This document shows positions 12,411-26,133 of a DNA stretch of 64,000 bases, piece after piece. The DNA is from Folioceros fuciformis (taxonomy: Eukaryota). A program made the position numbers and the translations under genes. The stretch is from positions 165,778-229,777 of the forward strand of contig JBNGIO010006342.1 of the NCBI GenBank assembly GCA_049999805.1, given 5' to 3'. Under the pieces are notes generated by a model. That model was not told the origin of the DNA. It did no database searches and saw only the letters and a list, made by a program, of their open reading frames with translations. Positions within the stretch are counted from its first letter, which is position 1. The number at the start of each line of letters is the position of its first letter.

Positions 12411-15400
12411 CAACCTGGCACATCACCTTTGCCACCGTTTTCAATCAGCAGTATGAGCTATAAGGAGGTCGACAGCAGGCGCACCCTGGGCACCCACACC
12501 CACTCCAGGAGAACGGTCAAGATGGGCTTCAGGTGTGCCAGCCTGAGTGGTGCATTTCTGGTCAGGGATTATTTGCAGCCTTGCATGCGCCAGGGGAAGC
12601 ACACGACAGAGTACTTGTCATTGGCTCTCGTTTGAACAAGATCTAACGACGTGGCGCACCAACGACCGAAGGTGGAGCCCAAAGAGCTTGCTGGCACGGC
12701 CTTTATCAGGGGGCCTTCACCTTCGAAAAGGATTCTTGTTTTCCTGCAGGCTCTGGCTTCAGAAGTAACTGCTGTAATTCTGGCTGTGCAGGTGTTGTAA
12801 ATCTCGTAGATTCTCAGGCTGAAGAGAAGGATAGAGAAACGTAGATCATGAATAGTCTATAGATATTTCTACATGGCTTCTAATTGGGAAGCTCGGGCTG
12901 TAGTAAACTCAGCTAGGAGGGCAAATGAATCAAGGGAAAGGGAAAGCCATTTATGCTAACCCTCTGTCAGTAGAAGCTTTAACTCCACTTCGCTTCATTC
13001 CTGCAAAACATCCCAATTCCCGTTAGCCACGCAACAAGCTTCAGTTCCCTCCAAGTTAGAGCAACCGATGCGATCGATTATGCTCAGCAGACGTGAGCCG
13101 GGCCAGTCAGGATGTGTACACTAAGATGCCTTTACCAAAACCAAAGGGTTCTCTTCTGGACTTCCCTCCATGTCCTCTACCCTGGTATTTACGTTCACGC
13201 GCAATAAGCACGAAGGCTGGAGTAAGTGAAAATTTTAAGCTAAAAAAGACTAAATCTGCCAAAGATAATCAATGGGAGGCGCAATATAGCCGGGCAGACT
13301 ACGTTGGGGACAGCTTCTTCTTCCTCTTGAACGCATTCTTCCCCTTGTAAGGCTTGTCGTTCTCCTTATCCCTCATGAACCCTAGAAAAAGCAGTAACCC
13401 CCAGAAGAAGAATCCTCCGGCACCCCAACCCCCACCGCCACCCCCCCCCCCCCCGCCACCACCATCTCGAGGGGGGAGACCACTCCCGCCATCGTCAATC
13501 TTTGGAGCCGACGCCTTAGCTGCAAAATGGAAAACATATCGGGATCCATAAGAAGAGATTCAAAAAATCGAAAACAACATACATTGCAAACAGGCCGAGA
13601 TGTAAGAAGTGGTGTTGTTACATTCAGCAGGAGCTCTGTTCGCCACAGCATTTTGGTGCTGGATAGTTTGCTGCTCAGCTTGGGAGACAACCACCTGCAC
13701 GCAAAAACATGAGTCCGAAAACAGAACTCACCCGTTAGAAAATTCCGGCCCTGTGTTGGAAGCAGCCATGCCTCAAGGAATCCAAAAACAAGCTACAAGG
13801 CATACCGGTCTTTTCATGCAGACAATTCGAGTCTGTGTCTGCCGAACAGATGTGCTGGATATGCGAATTTGCGATGGACAAGCCCCGCAAACGCGAAGCA
13901 GCCCTGCTTCACTCATGGTTACCTCCGAAAGATTCAGCTCAACCTTGGTCCTATCATTTCACCACAAAAATCACTGGGCAATCCCACTCGAACGTTTTAC
14001 TCCACGGAGGGCGGCATCTGTCTGATGTACGATACTACCTTCAGGAATTCACCACCGAATTCCAAGCCACTAGGCTGCAAAACAGCTGCTGCCAGTCGCA
14101 AAAAACCATCGGCCAGAACTCCTCTCCGATCTTCCCTCCGCCACCGCAATCCAAGAAATTAGCAGCAAACTGGTATGGGAATTCGAGGATCAGTCCGGCC
14201 CACCTTTGACACCAGGAAAGGTATCAAACCATAACCTCACCAACAAATAGAAAATCCAGCTAGACTTGAACGCGAACATGAGCCTGCATATATACATTAG
14301 GGCAGAGAAGGCGTGGTCTACTCTTGAAGTATCAAGACCGAAACCGGGATCTCCCGGAAGACGATCCCGAGATGTCACGGGCCATGGCAGATGGAGAGCC
14401 AGACCCACCAATGTCCCTGGATGGCTCGTTCTTCTTTCCCGAAAGGTCTGTATTGCCTGTTTTCCCGTCACAAAAGATTGCAAATGGTGGTGTTAATTTT
14501 TCGGCTGTTTAACAACATGCTACTTGACGGTCCTGGGTGTGATGCAGCTATGTCACTGGAGTTTACACCTTTGGACCTCATAAACTGGAGGTTTTGTGCC
14601 TGCAATCCTCGTCAAGTACCTGTGCTTGTGCACTTGATTTTTTTTTTGTGCTCTTTGATACTCCTTGGCTCCTGACGTGCTCCCACGTTCAATTTCTTGA
14701 GCAGCCGATTACAACCTTTCTGGTCAACTTATATGGCCTGGAGCAGAGTTCTTGAATGACTTTGTGCGAGCACTCGAAGAGCATGGCACAATTGAATGCA
14801 ATTGAGCTAGGTACAGGCGTTGGTCTGTGGCTTCTATCCTTGACTGTGCTGCTTGCTTGATGCTAGTTGCCAAGTGGACTGAACTTATTGCCTGCAATTG
14901 CGAAGCTCAATTTATGGATTGTCGGATAGGGTTGAGAATTACAGTGGTGACTCATGCTGGTGATATGGAAGAACTTACGGGTCTTCTGTGTGCCCATTTC
15001 TGCCGAAAAGTGGTCATGACTGATCATAATGACGTTGTTCTTCGTCTAGGGCTGTTTACTACTGGTTGAAGCATCAGGAGGAGTCTCTGGGCAACTCATG
15101 TGTGTTTCACACTGCAGCTTGGCTGATACATGGAAGTCCTGTATTGTTACTTTACACTAAGTTCTGTGTAAGCAGGTCTTGGAGAGGAATATTGAACTAC
15201 AATCTGCGGATTCGTCTTCTGGCCCAATTGAAAGTGAGATATTGTTAATCTCTTGGTTGTTTTGAACTGCAGGGAACGTGAATTGTATGCTTGGGAGGTT
15301 GTTTCTCACGCATACTCCTTGACAGGTGTGGAGTGTCGAAGTTGGGATGGGGCAGTGAAGCACATCTGAAGTTGATTGCAGAAAGTCACCCCGAAGGTTT

Positions 15401-16113
15401 TGCTCATCTCATAGGCATACTATCCTTCTCAGTAGGAGCTTGGTTCCTTCACAAAGACAGGGATCACGCTATCATTAAGACAGCATCCCTCTGCTCTTCA
15501 GGACAGTTCAGCAGCTGATGAGCTTACGCTGCACCTTCATTCTTGCCTACATTTCAAGATCTCCGAGGTGTGGAACCTCCGGCAGTGGTGAATCCGTTAT
15601 AAGAGGAAGTCACGCATGTCTAGAAACCTAATTTGCTTGGTTTACAAACTGTACAGCATGGACGCAGCCCTCCTGGCCGTGGGATCCAGCTTCAACATGA
15701 AGCCGGAGAACGCTTCTGGACCAGAAGACGCGGCATTGGTGGAGCGTATGAAGGAGTGGCGTATGAAATCACTGTGTGAGGCACATCGTAATCACTCTCT
15801 CAGCTGTCAGTTAATGGGTTTCAAGACAATTTAATACACGAGAGATGATTGCAAGAGCCGTGGCAATCTGCTTTTAGCAACAACCATGTCGGTCAGATTT
15901 CAGCATTCCAGCCATGATGACCTTCTAGTTGACTGGCATCTTACAACCAGACTTCAACACTCCTGCCATGCGGGAAATTCTAAGCGAATGGCATCTTACA
16001 TCCAAACTTCAACATTCCTGCCATTAGGAATTTCTAACTGACTGGTATGGTACAGCAATGGACGTAGGCAAATGCTTCGTCGGTAGAAGCAGCAGCGTGG
16101 GACTTCGTAGGAT

Positions 16114-16734
16114 TCACCGTGTCGCTGCCAACTTATCCCTGCGTACGGCGTTAGCAAGGTTTTGCTCCCATAGCTCACACCGTATGGGCATCTCCACTTC
16201 ATAGAAAGGATTTTTCAAGACGTAGTCGCTGTACAGCTCATACACATTCCGCAGCAACACGTCCATGCCAGGAGTGCCCGGTTCACAAGCTACAAAGAAC
16301 TTTGTCCCTGCACAAAATGGTGGTTCTCAGTATTGGGGAAGCAGAAACCTAGTCTGGCAAACGAAATTCCTGGGAGGGGGGAGGTGAAACAGAAACCCTA
16401 CATTCACGAGCAACCTACCAGTGAGTGACTGGAAACAGTGTAGATCAAATGTATCAGCCTCCAGCATTTCGATGCCTGTGCAGCCAAGTGTCGGGGAGAG
16501 CTGCTGAGAGATGGCATGCATGGAATGCCACAGACTGGCTAGTCTCAGGCTGTCGTTTGTATCGAGCCGTCCCGTAGATCCATAGTCCTGCGTCCACAGC
16601 ACCACTTTCGATCATTTTCTGTCTTGAATCGACAATCTCCCCTGCTACCTCGTTTGATGGATAAAGATTACCTTGTAGAAAATCAGGCCGCCCGATTTGT
16701 TGATGACGAAAAGGTTGAAGATGCTTGCCGCCAT
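16114..16734 (-). CDS. TRS23: TRAPP complex subunit 4 (TRS23/sybindin-like). Exons 16734-16672, 16587-16419, 16307-16114.
   Basis: [92 protein letters not shown]. Canonical splice sites keep the frame. Confidence 0.93.
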
Positions 16735-16999
16735 TCTGTCACCAGTTCTGATGCATGGTGGAATGGCGTTAGACTAAGTTAGGGCACTCACTATCCGAGC
16801 CCCAGAATGCTTACTCGAGTCGTAGACTTGGGGCACAGTTCCCAGCTCAATTCACCAGCTGAGATGCATCTCACATGCTGGCATGCGGAGACGGGTGCAT
16901 CGGTGAACGTGACGAAACGATTGCATATATATTTTCGGTACATAGACAGCTTAACAGTAGTGCATTATTTATGTTTCCGAAACCGAAGCTAGATCTGGA

Positions 17000-18594
17000 C
17001 TATTCCTCTGCTTCCTCCTCTTCTTCATCCTCCACAGGACCAGGTTTGATCAAGGGGCTGGTCCTGCTAGTGTACAAGCCAAACGCCATGCCTGATGGAG
17101 AGTAGGCAATCAAAAATCGGTTGAAGACTTCGTTCGGGGTGTTGTATCGCACATCAGGGTACAGTTCGGTGACTTCAACTGCGTGTGGGGGAAACGTCTT
17201 GCCCTGATACAGGTAGCCTTCTCCTTTCACGAAGATGGTGTATAGCATAGCCTGCGCGATATTTTGAGGGTACGGAACATCTGTGCAAACAAATGGAAGG
17301 CTTTCTCCTTGTGAGTTCAGAGTTGCAGAAACAGGGGTTGGGATTTTTGTGGTGGTCGAGGGATTCAGGGCAGGACCTTGAATGAGCTGTTTGAACTTGG
17401 CATCAGGTAGTTCCTCCTTCTCCAGCTTTTTCTGGTTCTTCACCTCCCACATCTTGATGGCTGCTTTCTGGGTCATGATGTTGTCCTTGGGAAGAAAGTA
17501 GAGCAATTTGTTCTCGGCTCTTAGATCGTCCACGGACTTGATGGTGTAAGTGGCAACATCCTCTTCATCCATGAAGACCGCTGTACGGATAGGTGCCATG
17601 TCTCAGTCCCATCAACGTTTTGCGACTGAAGATGCAAGGGTTTGTACAAGTGACCTGACATCACCTTTCACTTCCCCTGTTCCATAAACCACCACTTTCT
17701 CTTTGGGAGGTTCGAGAAAGTTCCTTTGCCCAAGATTGGCTAAGAACCTGCCCGCAAAGGCTCCAGTGATGAGATACGTGTAGGGTATCCCTGCTTGCTG
17801 TAGCGCCTTTCGAATCATCATCTTGGTTTGGAAGTGGTTTTGCAGGCAGTCGAAGGGCGGCCACGTTGCGCGCTCCACATCAATGGCAGAGAACTCTGCA
17901 GGGTAGAATCTCTGAAAGGAAACCACTCAAATCAACCCGCGTGCACAAGACAAACCCAAGCCCGCAAACAAGCATCAAGTCCTCCCTCTTATCCCCAACA
18001 ATTGGAAACTCTGATGAAGGCACATACCTCGGCTCTTTAAGGTTGCACAATGCTTGACGTCATGTAATTCAAGGCATCTGTTCACACGAGCAGATACATT
18101 TGGCACACGAGTCTCATGATGCACCATACGTACCTTCCTACATGCAGACACACTGCTGCACATTTACCTTAATCTTCTTCTTATCTTTGTTCACCTCCTT
18201 GATGGCCTCAATGAGCTTCAGCTGATCCGCTGTCTGTGGTGAGCCCACTGCGGAAATAACAACATTCACCAGCTTCAGCGCAGCCAAGAGGCTGGCATGG
18301 TCGTTCAAGTCCCCCTGCCCACCACCCAACCCAACATCTCGTCACACACCTCCCCGTATTCCAACTGCCACAAACACTCTCCCTGCCAACCACACTCCTC
18401 ACCTGCAAAATCTTGATCTTCAGCTCCTTGAAAACCCCCAGCACCTCAACCTTGGCCGGATCGGTGCTGGTCATGGTACCGGGCCTCACAAGCACCCATG
18501 TGGGATGCCCTGCCAGCGCACTGGCCCTGGCAATATGCTTCCCAATGTAGCCCGTGCTTCCTACAACGAGAATCTTGCCCTTCTTCTTCGCCAT
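17000..18594 (-). CDS. NmrA-like isoflavone reductase / PCBER / PLR family NAD(P)H reductase. Five exons: 18594-18403, 18314-18168, 17911-17665, 17580-17377, 17280-17000.
   Basis: KILVVGSTGYIGK..GHPTWVLVR; GDLNDHASL..VNVVISAVG..DQLKLIEAIKE; RFYPAEF; K..IRKALQQAGIPYTY; AVFMDEEDVATYTIKSVDD; VEVTELYPDVRY. Confidence 0.92.
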
Positions 18595-19914
18595 CCTTCA
18601 GCAACAAGCATCTATCTCACCCACATCGTCCCTCTCGCAGCTAAGCCATCCAGGAGAAGTGTCCCACTCCCATGAAGGGTCAAACGAACCGACGTTTCCT
18701 TCGCCCACTCATGCCAGTTAGGTCGAGCCCAAGGTTCCCTGTCCCAACTACAGCTAACTAACTTGCAGACGTCGCAGTTTCAGTTAAACACAAAGTTACG
18801 TACAATGGCCAAGTTATTTAGCTAGAACCAAGTTAACAAGTTAATACTTAGGTTCCTGGTTTGATTCGCGCGACAGCGAAGTGGTGACGATAACGAGAGC
18901 GTACCACGTTATGAATCAGCAGGAGCAGAATCACATACTGCTGTCAGTGTCCAGGCCTGGAATCGGCTCACGAGGTTGTTGTGTGACGGAGGCCCGACGC
19001 AGTTGTGTTCACGTCCCTCTTACCGGCGGCTGCCTAATCGTTGTCCTTAACCTAACTGTTTATGACACCTTCCCATTGGACCAACGGGCCCAGGCTACCG
19101 GTTAGCTGTCTCCCGACACAGCAATGGGGACGTGACGTCCTCTCCGCCTTCGGCTTCACGCTCTCGCGCCTGTCCGCCGCTCCGCATTGTGCTATTGCAT
19201 CGGAAAGCTTCTCGATCTTTTGGCACTTCCATAGCGCATCTCTGCTCGGCTGCTCGGCTTCTGCATATCAAGGTAGCAGCGATCGCGCGGAGCTTGATCC
19301 CACGGCGAGCGATCGGCTTGGCTTATTTTTGCTTGGAGTTGTGTTGGACGATTAGAGGTCTGCATGTGGCGTGGCGGTGACAGTTGTTGTGGAGCTGGTG
19401 AGCTTGGAAATCTTGTTGATTCCGGGTGCTGAATCTCAGGATTCCGTCGTGGTCGATTTGATCAAGACGCGGTGATTGTCGGTGAGGAGAAGCTGGTCTG
19501 AGGTTAATTGAGATCGCATCCAGCCGAAGTTCATTACCGTCGTCGACTGTCACAGTGGCCTCCATTTTGATCGGAGTCCTGGGACTGCGTTTCGGGTGCG
19601 AGACCATGGCCTTCCGCATTCCAGCTTCACGATCTGACTGACAGCTCACTACCAGTTTTTGACGTGCTTCGCGCTGCATTGCTTTGTCGCTGTTCCTGTT
19701 GCGTGTGACCTGTTGGTGTCTGCGGTCCTGAGCATAGTTAGCGTAAGGAACTTTGAATTGTAGAGCACATTGTCGAGAGTTTTTCTTCGTTTGCAGACAG
19801 TGTGGTTTTAGTGAGTGTGAACTGTGTGGTATGGGTATGCTCCCGAGCTTCGTCCGGTCGTACTCTGTGTTCTGCAGCCGCATTGTGATCGTGTTGTTTG
19901 AAATCGTGCAGGCC

Positions 19915-21289
19915 ATGTCGTCAGGAATTTCAATGAGCAGTCACTGCCTTCGGGTCGTACTGCTGTTCCTCGTTTTGTCTTTGGTCATCAAATCAACTGA
20001 TGCCTACGTGTTCGAAGTGGGTGGCCTTCAGGGCTGGACGAATTGGGATCAGGATACAGAAGGTGTGCCAGATTACAACGCATGGGCTTCTGGCCAAGGT
20101 ATCGAGGTTGGCGATTCGATAGGTACGTTCAGATATAGTGAACTCAATTGGAGGTGCAGACATTTGCCACAAAAGTTCATCGGGCTTAACCGATGTGCAA
20201 TCGTCTTCCAGTGTTCTCATATGCCCCGGGATTCCATACCGTTATGAGGTTCAATTCGGAGCGAGCTTATAACACATGTGACTTCACCCAGGCAACGCAG
20301 CTTGATGATGGCTCCAGTGGCACTTACGTGGTAAGTTCTATCGATGTGTGCATATTTGTGTCAGAATTTTTGAGAGATACGGACAAGAATGTGATTGAGC
20401 AATTGGTTAATGGTTGATACGGCAGTCAGCAGCTACCAGGATTCTGACCCTCTTTGGAACATTCGAATTGCAGTGGCACCCAACATCTGGCGGGGTATTC
20501 TTCTTCGCATGTGACCAATCTGTCGAGAGCACGGGTACTCACTGTACCCAAGGACAGAAGGTGGCTATCACGGTGCTTGCCAATTCCGCAGTTAGCCCTT
20601 ATTTAAGTCCCGCTCCCGGCATCCCCGCCCCGGAATCCCCGGCCCCACCCCAGGGTAGCCCATCCAAGCCACCGAGTATCTCAGCGCCTCTACGGGAACC
20701 AACAAGCAGTCCGGCAACTTCTCCTTCTGCGTTCGTTCCTGCATCTCCACCAACGCACATTCCAGCAGTCCCTCCAGTTGGTCCACCCTCCGTGGGAGTT
20801 CCCGTAGCTCCCCCTACAGATAGTCCGCTCTCTGTTCCCGCCAGTCCACCTTCTATTCCAATTGCTCCACCAACAGGAACTCCGGCATCTGCTCCTTCAG
20901 ATACTCCGAATGGCTCACCAGCAGCATCCCCGGCTTCCACCCCACCAAGTCCACCGGAGGTGGCAGTTCCCGTAGCTCCTCCGACGCTAGCTCCGGTATC
21001 TGCTCCTGCAGGTTCACCAAGGTCGGCAGCTCCAGCGAATCCACTGCCATCAACGAGTCCCGGTGCAGCAGAATCTCCACCGCCACCGCAAAATATCATC
21101 CTGTCTCCAGCACTATCACCGGTGAGAATGGATTTCCTTGGTCAGCATCTGTGCCTCGAAAATGCTAGATGGAATGATGACCTGATAAGTGCTAATTGGT
21201 TGGACTTTTGTAATGGCAGTATTTCAATGGAGCTGGACCAGCTGCAAGAATTTCATGCAGGTGGATGTTCGCTGTTGCAGCACTGCTGA
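19915..21289 (+). CDS. Secreted phytocyanin (stellacyanin-type ligands) with a long Pro/Ser/Ala-rich AGP-like region. Exons 19915-20122, 20212-20330, 20474 onward; 3' end uncertain.
   Basis: Signal peptide; FEVGGLQGW..YNAWASGQ..VGDSI|VFSY..FHTV..YNTCD; FFFACDQSVESTGTHCTQGQKVAITV; SP/AP/TP dipeptide-rich tail. A possible donor site near 21121 leaves the C-terminus unresolved. Confidence 0.85.
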
Positions 21290-21679
21290 TAGCCCACATC
21301 GCTTAGTGACGTTTGTTAGAGCGTTGATACCGGGCAGCGGGCTGTTTGTTGCTGTAATGCATTCACCCTTCGCACCTGCGCCTCGAGCACTTCAACACGT
21401 GGAGAAGTATGGAGCAAGGCTAGTGCCTGGTCTTTGTGGTGTGTATTCGCCACAGCCGCTGAACTAAATTTCCTGCAGCCAGGCCTCTCAACGAGACACC
21501 GAGCTGTTTCCGCTAGCTTTGACAGAAATAGGAGTTAGAATTCTTATTTTTGTAGTGGATGGGTCGGAAGGTCGCCTGAGGAGTCTGAATTCGTGAGTCT
21601 GACTGAACTCTACTTGCGTCGAACCTACATTTCACAATTGAATAATGGGGATATGCAATGGGGCTGCATTTACTTGACA

Positions 21680-23950
21680 CTGTAGGGTTACTTAACACTA
21701 ACCATTGAGTTGTTATCTAATTAGATATAAAGTCTTGGCTCCTAACACAATCACTCCTTTAGTATCTTGTCTTCCTCAAGTTTCACATTGTGCTGCTGAC
21801 AAATATGCTAAGAACCAAAAAAAAAATATTCTCTTAATAATCTATAACAAGGTTAACAAGGTTACGAAGGTGGTAGATCAATACACTTCTTACATGAAGG
21901 ACATGTATTGTTGTAATACAACCAACTCACAACACATTCTAAATGAAATGGATGTCCACAACAAGGACAAAGATACATAATACGTGCCACAGGAGGGCAT
22001 TCCAAACATATTAAACAAATGTCATGTGCTGAGAGAATAATAATCATCTTAATCCTCTCAGAAAGAATACTTAGGATATTAATATTATTTCTCTGAACTC
22101 TCAATAAGTTATGACTACATATCCCACTATCAAAAAAGTACAAACCTAGGAGATGGCCTAAGCAAACTCCCAAGCAACAATGTAAGAAGCAAAAAAACTC
22201 TAGTACTTAGATACTATTGGTAGAGTTACACTATTTATCAAAGTTGGAAAAATGGCATGCCACCATAGAGCAGGTTGAAATATGTGCCCAAATGGAAGAC
22301 AGAAAGAGGAGAGAAACTAAGAAAGATGCCCACTTTGCCCTACGCAAAAGGGTCTTAGAGATAATGAACATTCTAGCCAAGTCCGAGGAGGTAGTTCAAT
22401 CAACAACATTCTANNNNNNNNNNAACATTCTAGCCAAGTCCGAGGAGGTAGTTCAATCAACAACATTCTAGCCAAGTCCGAGGAGGTAGTTCAAGCAACC
22501 GAAAGAGGTACTCACAGCACAAAAGCAAAGTTGGAGGTGGACTAAACCATTGGGGGTGAGCAGTGAAGGAACCAAGGCACTCAGAAGATCATGAACACTT
22601 CTACCACGAACAGAATAAACTAAGCCTTAGTTTATTTTAGGGTCCCTATAAGTCCCTTAGGGACATATTGAGGTCTTCTCATAAGAAGTTGGTAAGACTA
22701 CTACTAGGTAGCTAGAAGATGTCAAGGAGAGCTAAAAGGCAAAATTGGCCTAACATGCAGACACAACTTGCCTCAAGAAAAACCTAATGACGGGATCGTG
22801 GCAACTACCCAAAGAAGGATGGTGCCCTAGCCATAACAATATAGGAAAGGGTAGTAGAGTTAGAGTCGGCTATTATCAATAATACTTTCCCAAACCTCAA
22901 AGGCAAAGGAAGATTCAAGCCTCTAACTCTGTTTCCAAAGGTTGGAGTTAGAGCATAAAGAGTTGAAGGAGTGGCTTAGAGCCTTCTGGGACCACCATCA
23001 CTATCATTAAAGTAGTTGTTGTGATCAAATTGGAGGATCTCTAGAGGGAGGTCAAGGCTACTCTTGCCTCCCATACCAAGTTGGAAGAGGATTGATAGAG
23101 AAGGGAGTATTAAAACCTTTAAACTCTTCAAACTGAGGAGATCATCTAGTAGGTGGGCATAGACTTTTCAAATTATCACTCGAGACTGTGAAGGCAATTC
23201 AAGGTCAAGAGAAGCCACAAGCAAACAAGTTTGTCTTGTGTGATGAGAAGAAGAATGCCTTCATTGAGCTAGAAGTGGGCGACTATTGTTTGAGCCTCAA
23301 GAGGAGTTGTCTAACCAAGCAGTTGTAGCCCATCCTTAGATGATTAACGTCCTCAATGCCGCTCTCATTTTTACAATTGATAGGGGAGGTGGGATCAAAA
23401 GTGGGGTTGGTGGTGGATCTAACATATTGCATCCATTGGCTAAACCTCCTAAGAAACTTGTGTAGCTTTCATTGTAAAGCTTCATTCTTGATCTCGATGT
23501 GGATAGTATGTATGTGCATCCCTTGAGTTCCCTTCCTACCTGTTCTTGTGTCTTCAAGTAAATGAGTAACACTAAGCAAAGGTAGCAAGAGTCTTAGAGA
23601 GCTGGGCAAACTCCATTGCCCAAATGTTTGATGGGTAGGTAAGCAATGTGGTTGGTGCAAGGTGGAGACCCTTGTGAGTACTTATCCAATCCTTGACCAT
23701 ATGCTCAGTGTTGTGCACCCTCGATGGTGCATGTGTACGAAATTAAATATGTTATAACGCCCATGAACAAATCCTGGCGTTGTCTACTCCTTGCTACCAT
23801 TGCCCTTAGCGAATGCAAAGGTCAGCTTCTATCCAATGAAAATTCTTGTTCTTTGAACTTTGTACATATGTTTTTTCTGTTGTCCATTGATTTCCATGCC
23901 CTTGTTATTGCCCTTGTTTAAGTAGTGGCAATGATAAGAGCATGACTCTA
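21680..23950. mobile_element. Probable heavily decayed transposon/retroelement remnant
   Basis: AT-richer, stop-riddled sequence with no recognisable host gene and no diagnostic motif. Assigned from composition and context only. Confidence 0.3.
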
Positions 23951-24343
23951 GTTCTTATACTAGTGGCTAGAACAAAATGATCTATATGTTACTAAGTCAT
24001 CACCCAATAAGCAAATTGCCGGACGACATGCAGCCACTAATGTCCGTTCCTCACAATGGAGGTCATGTAAAAAAGGACCCGAATTATAGTTTCATCCTTA
24101 ATAGAAAGCCAGTAATTTAAATGGGCAATACTCACTTGATGATCATGCGAATGCTCCCCATACTAAATAGGGTTAATGTGAGGGCAATTTAACCAACCGT
24201 AAACCCTAACTAAACCATCCTTAAACAGTATTTAAACTATAAACACTTAGCTATATAACACACTACACAGAGCAAGAGCACTTGCACCACCTACCAAATC
24301 CTAAGTACTTGTATGAGTATAAAATTACTATGAAAGAAGTTCT

Positions 24344-26133
24344 TCACAAAATTGTACAAAACCAACTCCTCCTTGTGTCTTTACCACCAATCGTCTTCGA
24401 AATAATTGAGTCTTTTTCAATGCTAATATTCTCTACAACCAAGTGAGCTGCCTCTTGTTTGTTTTTCAAATCATAACATAGATTACCTATAAAGTTTGTA
24501 AAAAATATATTAGTATCCTACCATAAAAATTTAAAAATAAAAAAAATTATATTAGATATTTTGCATACCTAATTTGATGTATGCGGATGTAGATGCATGG
24601 GTTAAACACATTTCTCCCAAGTATTCAAAAACTGCAACATCACGATTTCCATTGATGGTAGTTGTTATCCGTGGTTTAATAACTAACCTAATCTCTTTCT
24701 TTTTCCTCATTTTTTAATTAAAATCTCATTAACTCTACATAAAATACTAGAAAAATGCCTTCATGTTCATCTAAGAACTTGATACCACTTACCATNNNNN
24801 NNNNNNNNNNNNNNNNNNNNNNNNNNNNNNNNNNNNNNNNNNNNNNNNNNNNNNNNNNNNNNNNNNNNNNNNNNNNNNNNNNNNNNNNNNNNNNNNNNNN
24901 NNNNNNNNNNNNNNNNNNNNNNNNNNNNNNNNNNNNNNNNNNNNNNNNNNNNNNNNNNNNNNNNNNNNNNNNNNNNNNNNNNNNNNNNNNNNNNNNNNNN
25001 NNNNNNNNNNNNNNNNNNNNNNNNNNNNNNNNNNNNNNNNNNNNNNNNNNNNNNNNNNNNNNNNNNNNNNNNNNNNNNNNNNNNNNNNNNNNNNNNNNNN
25101 NNNNNNNNNNNNNNNNNNNNNNNNNNNNNNNNNNNNNNNNNNNNNNNNNNNNNNNNNNNNNNNNNNNNNNNNNNNNNNNNNNNNNNNNNNNNNNNTAATT
25201 TTCTTTCATTCAATCATCTTTTAGGGTACTATTAGCATACCTCAAAATGACCGCATCATGTAGTAGGTCAATTTTGTTCTGAACCAACACCATAGGAATT
25301 TTCCCGCATTCTTCTTCAATCTAAACAAGCTTAGCATAAAAGATCACTTAAGCGTTTTTTGAGACGTGTTTTGAAAACAAGGACATTCAGCTCTATACCT
25401 TTTGTTTCCATGTTTTGATTGAATTGAAAGATTCTCTATCCGTTGTAGAGAAACAAAGTACAGCAGCCTTTGCACCTTTAAAAAAAAAAATGTTACTTGT
25501 CAATGTTATCGTATTTTTAATTTCTTTAATATACAACATAATTGGAAAAACATAATACCTCGATAATACGATTTTGTTATAGATTGAAATTGCTCTTGCC
25601 CAGCTGTATCCCATAACATAAGTGTAACAAATTCTTGCAAGGTTTTCACAAACCTAGTAAGGTAAACATATTTATTTATCAACAAAATATATAAAATTTA
25701 TATCAAAATTTAACTTGAAATGTGTGTTAAAAGAAAGTAACACCTTTTATTCTTACAGTCTTTTCTCAAGAAAATCTACTCCAATGGTTTTTTTGTATTT
25801 TTCAGAACATTGTCCTTTGCAAAATTGTCGAATCATGCTTGTTTTTCCCACATTTCCATTTCCTACTATAATAATTTTTATCTCTCCTACAAATGCATGA
25901 TAAATGAATGTTAATAGTTTGTGATTATGGAAAGCTTTTTCTTGTAAAAATATTGTTATAAACCTTCTTTCTATGCATAAGAGAATATAAACCAAAGCTT
26001 GTAAAAGCAGCATTGATTTGGTCATTGATTTGAATAGCATCTGATTTTTAAAAAGAAAATAAAATTTTATATATATGACATGTAGCTTAGAAAGGTGCAG
26101 AAGCTTCAGCTTACTTTCAAAATCTTCTTGCAT
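24344..26133 (-). CDS. RAB23: Rab23 small GTPase. Exons 26133-26115, 25886-25757, 25653-25559, 25475-25399, 25320-25241, [exon lost in gap 24796-25195], 24631-24569, ~24486-24344.
   Basis: MQEDFEREIKIIIVGNGNVGKTSMIRQFCKG..YKKTIGVDFLEK; LMLWDTAGQEQF..ITKSYYRGAKAAVLCFSTTDRESF; IPMVLVQNKIDLL; VFEYL; C-terminal CaaX CTIL. VGNG, YKKTIGVDFLE, FSTTDRESF and VQNKIDL are Rab23 signatures. Confidence 0.9.

Noticed and set aside
13354-13551. Poly-proline ORF
   Set aside because: Produced by a C-rich homopolymeric tract; no other coding support.
14200-15830. Possible multi-exon gene between SPX and TRS23
   Set aside because: Some splice-like sites, but I could not assemble a coherent or recognisable protein.
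21681-21700. TGTAGGGTTA matching the start of the copia-2 LTR
   Set aside because: The match is only ~10 nt and does not extend.
22367-22495. Tandem ~38-bp duplication around a 10-N gap
   Set aside because: It straddles a scaffold gap, so it may be a contig-overlap artefact.
24718-25213. Long ORFs made of X residues
   Set aside because: Artefacts of the 400-N gap.
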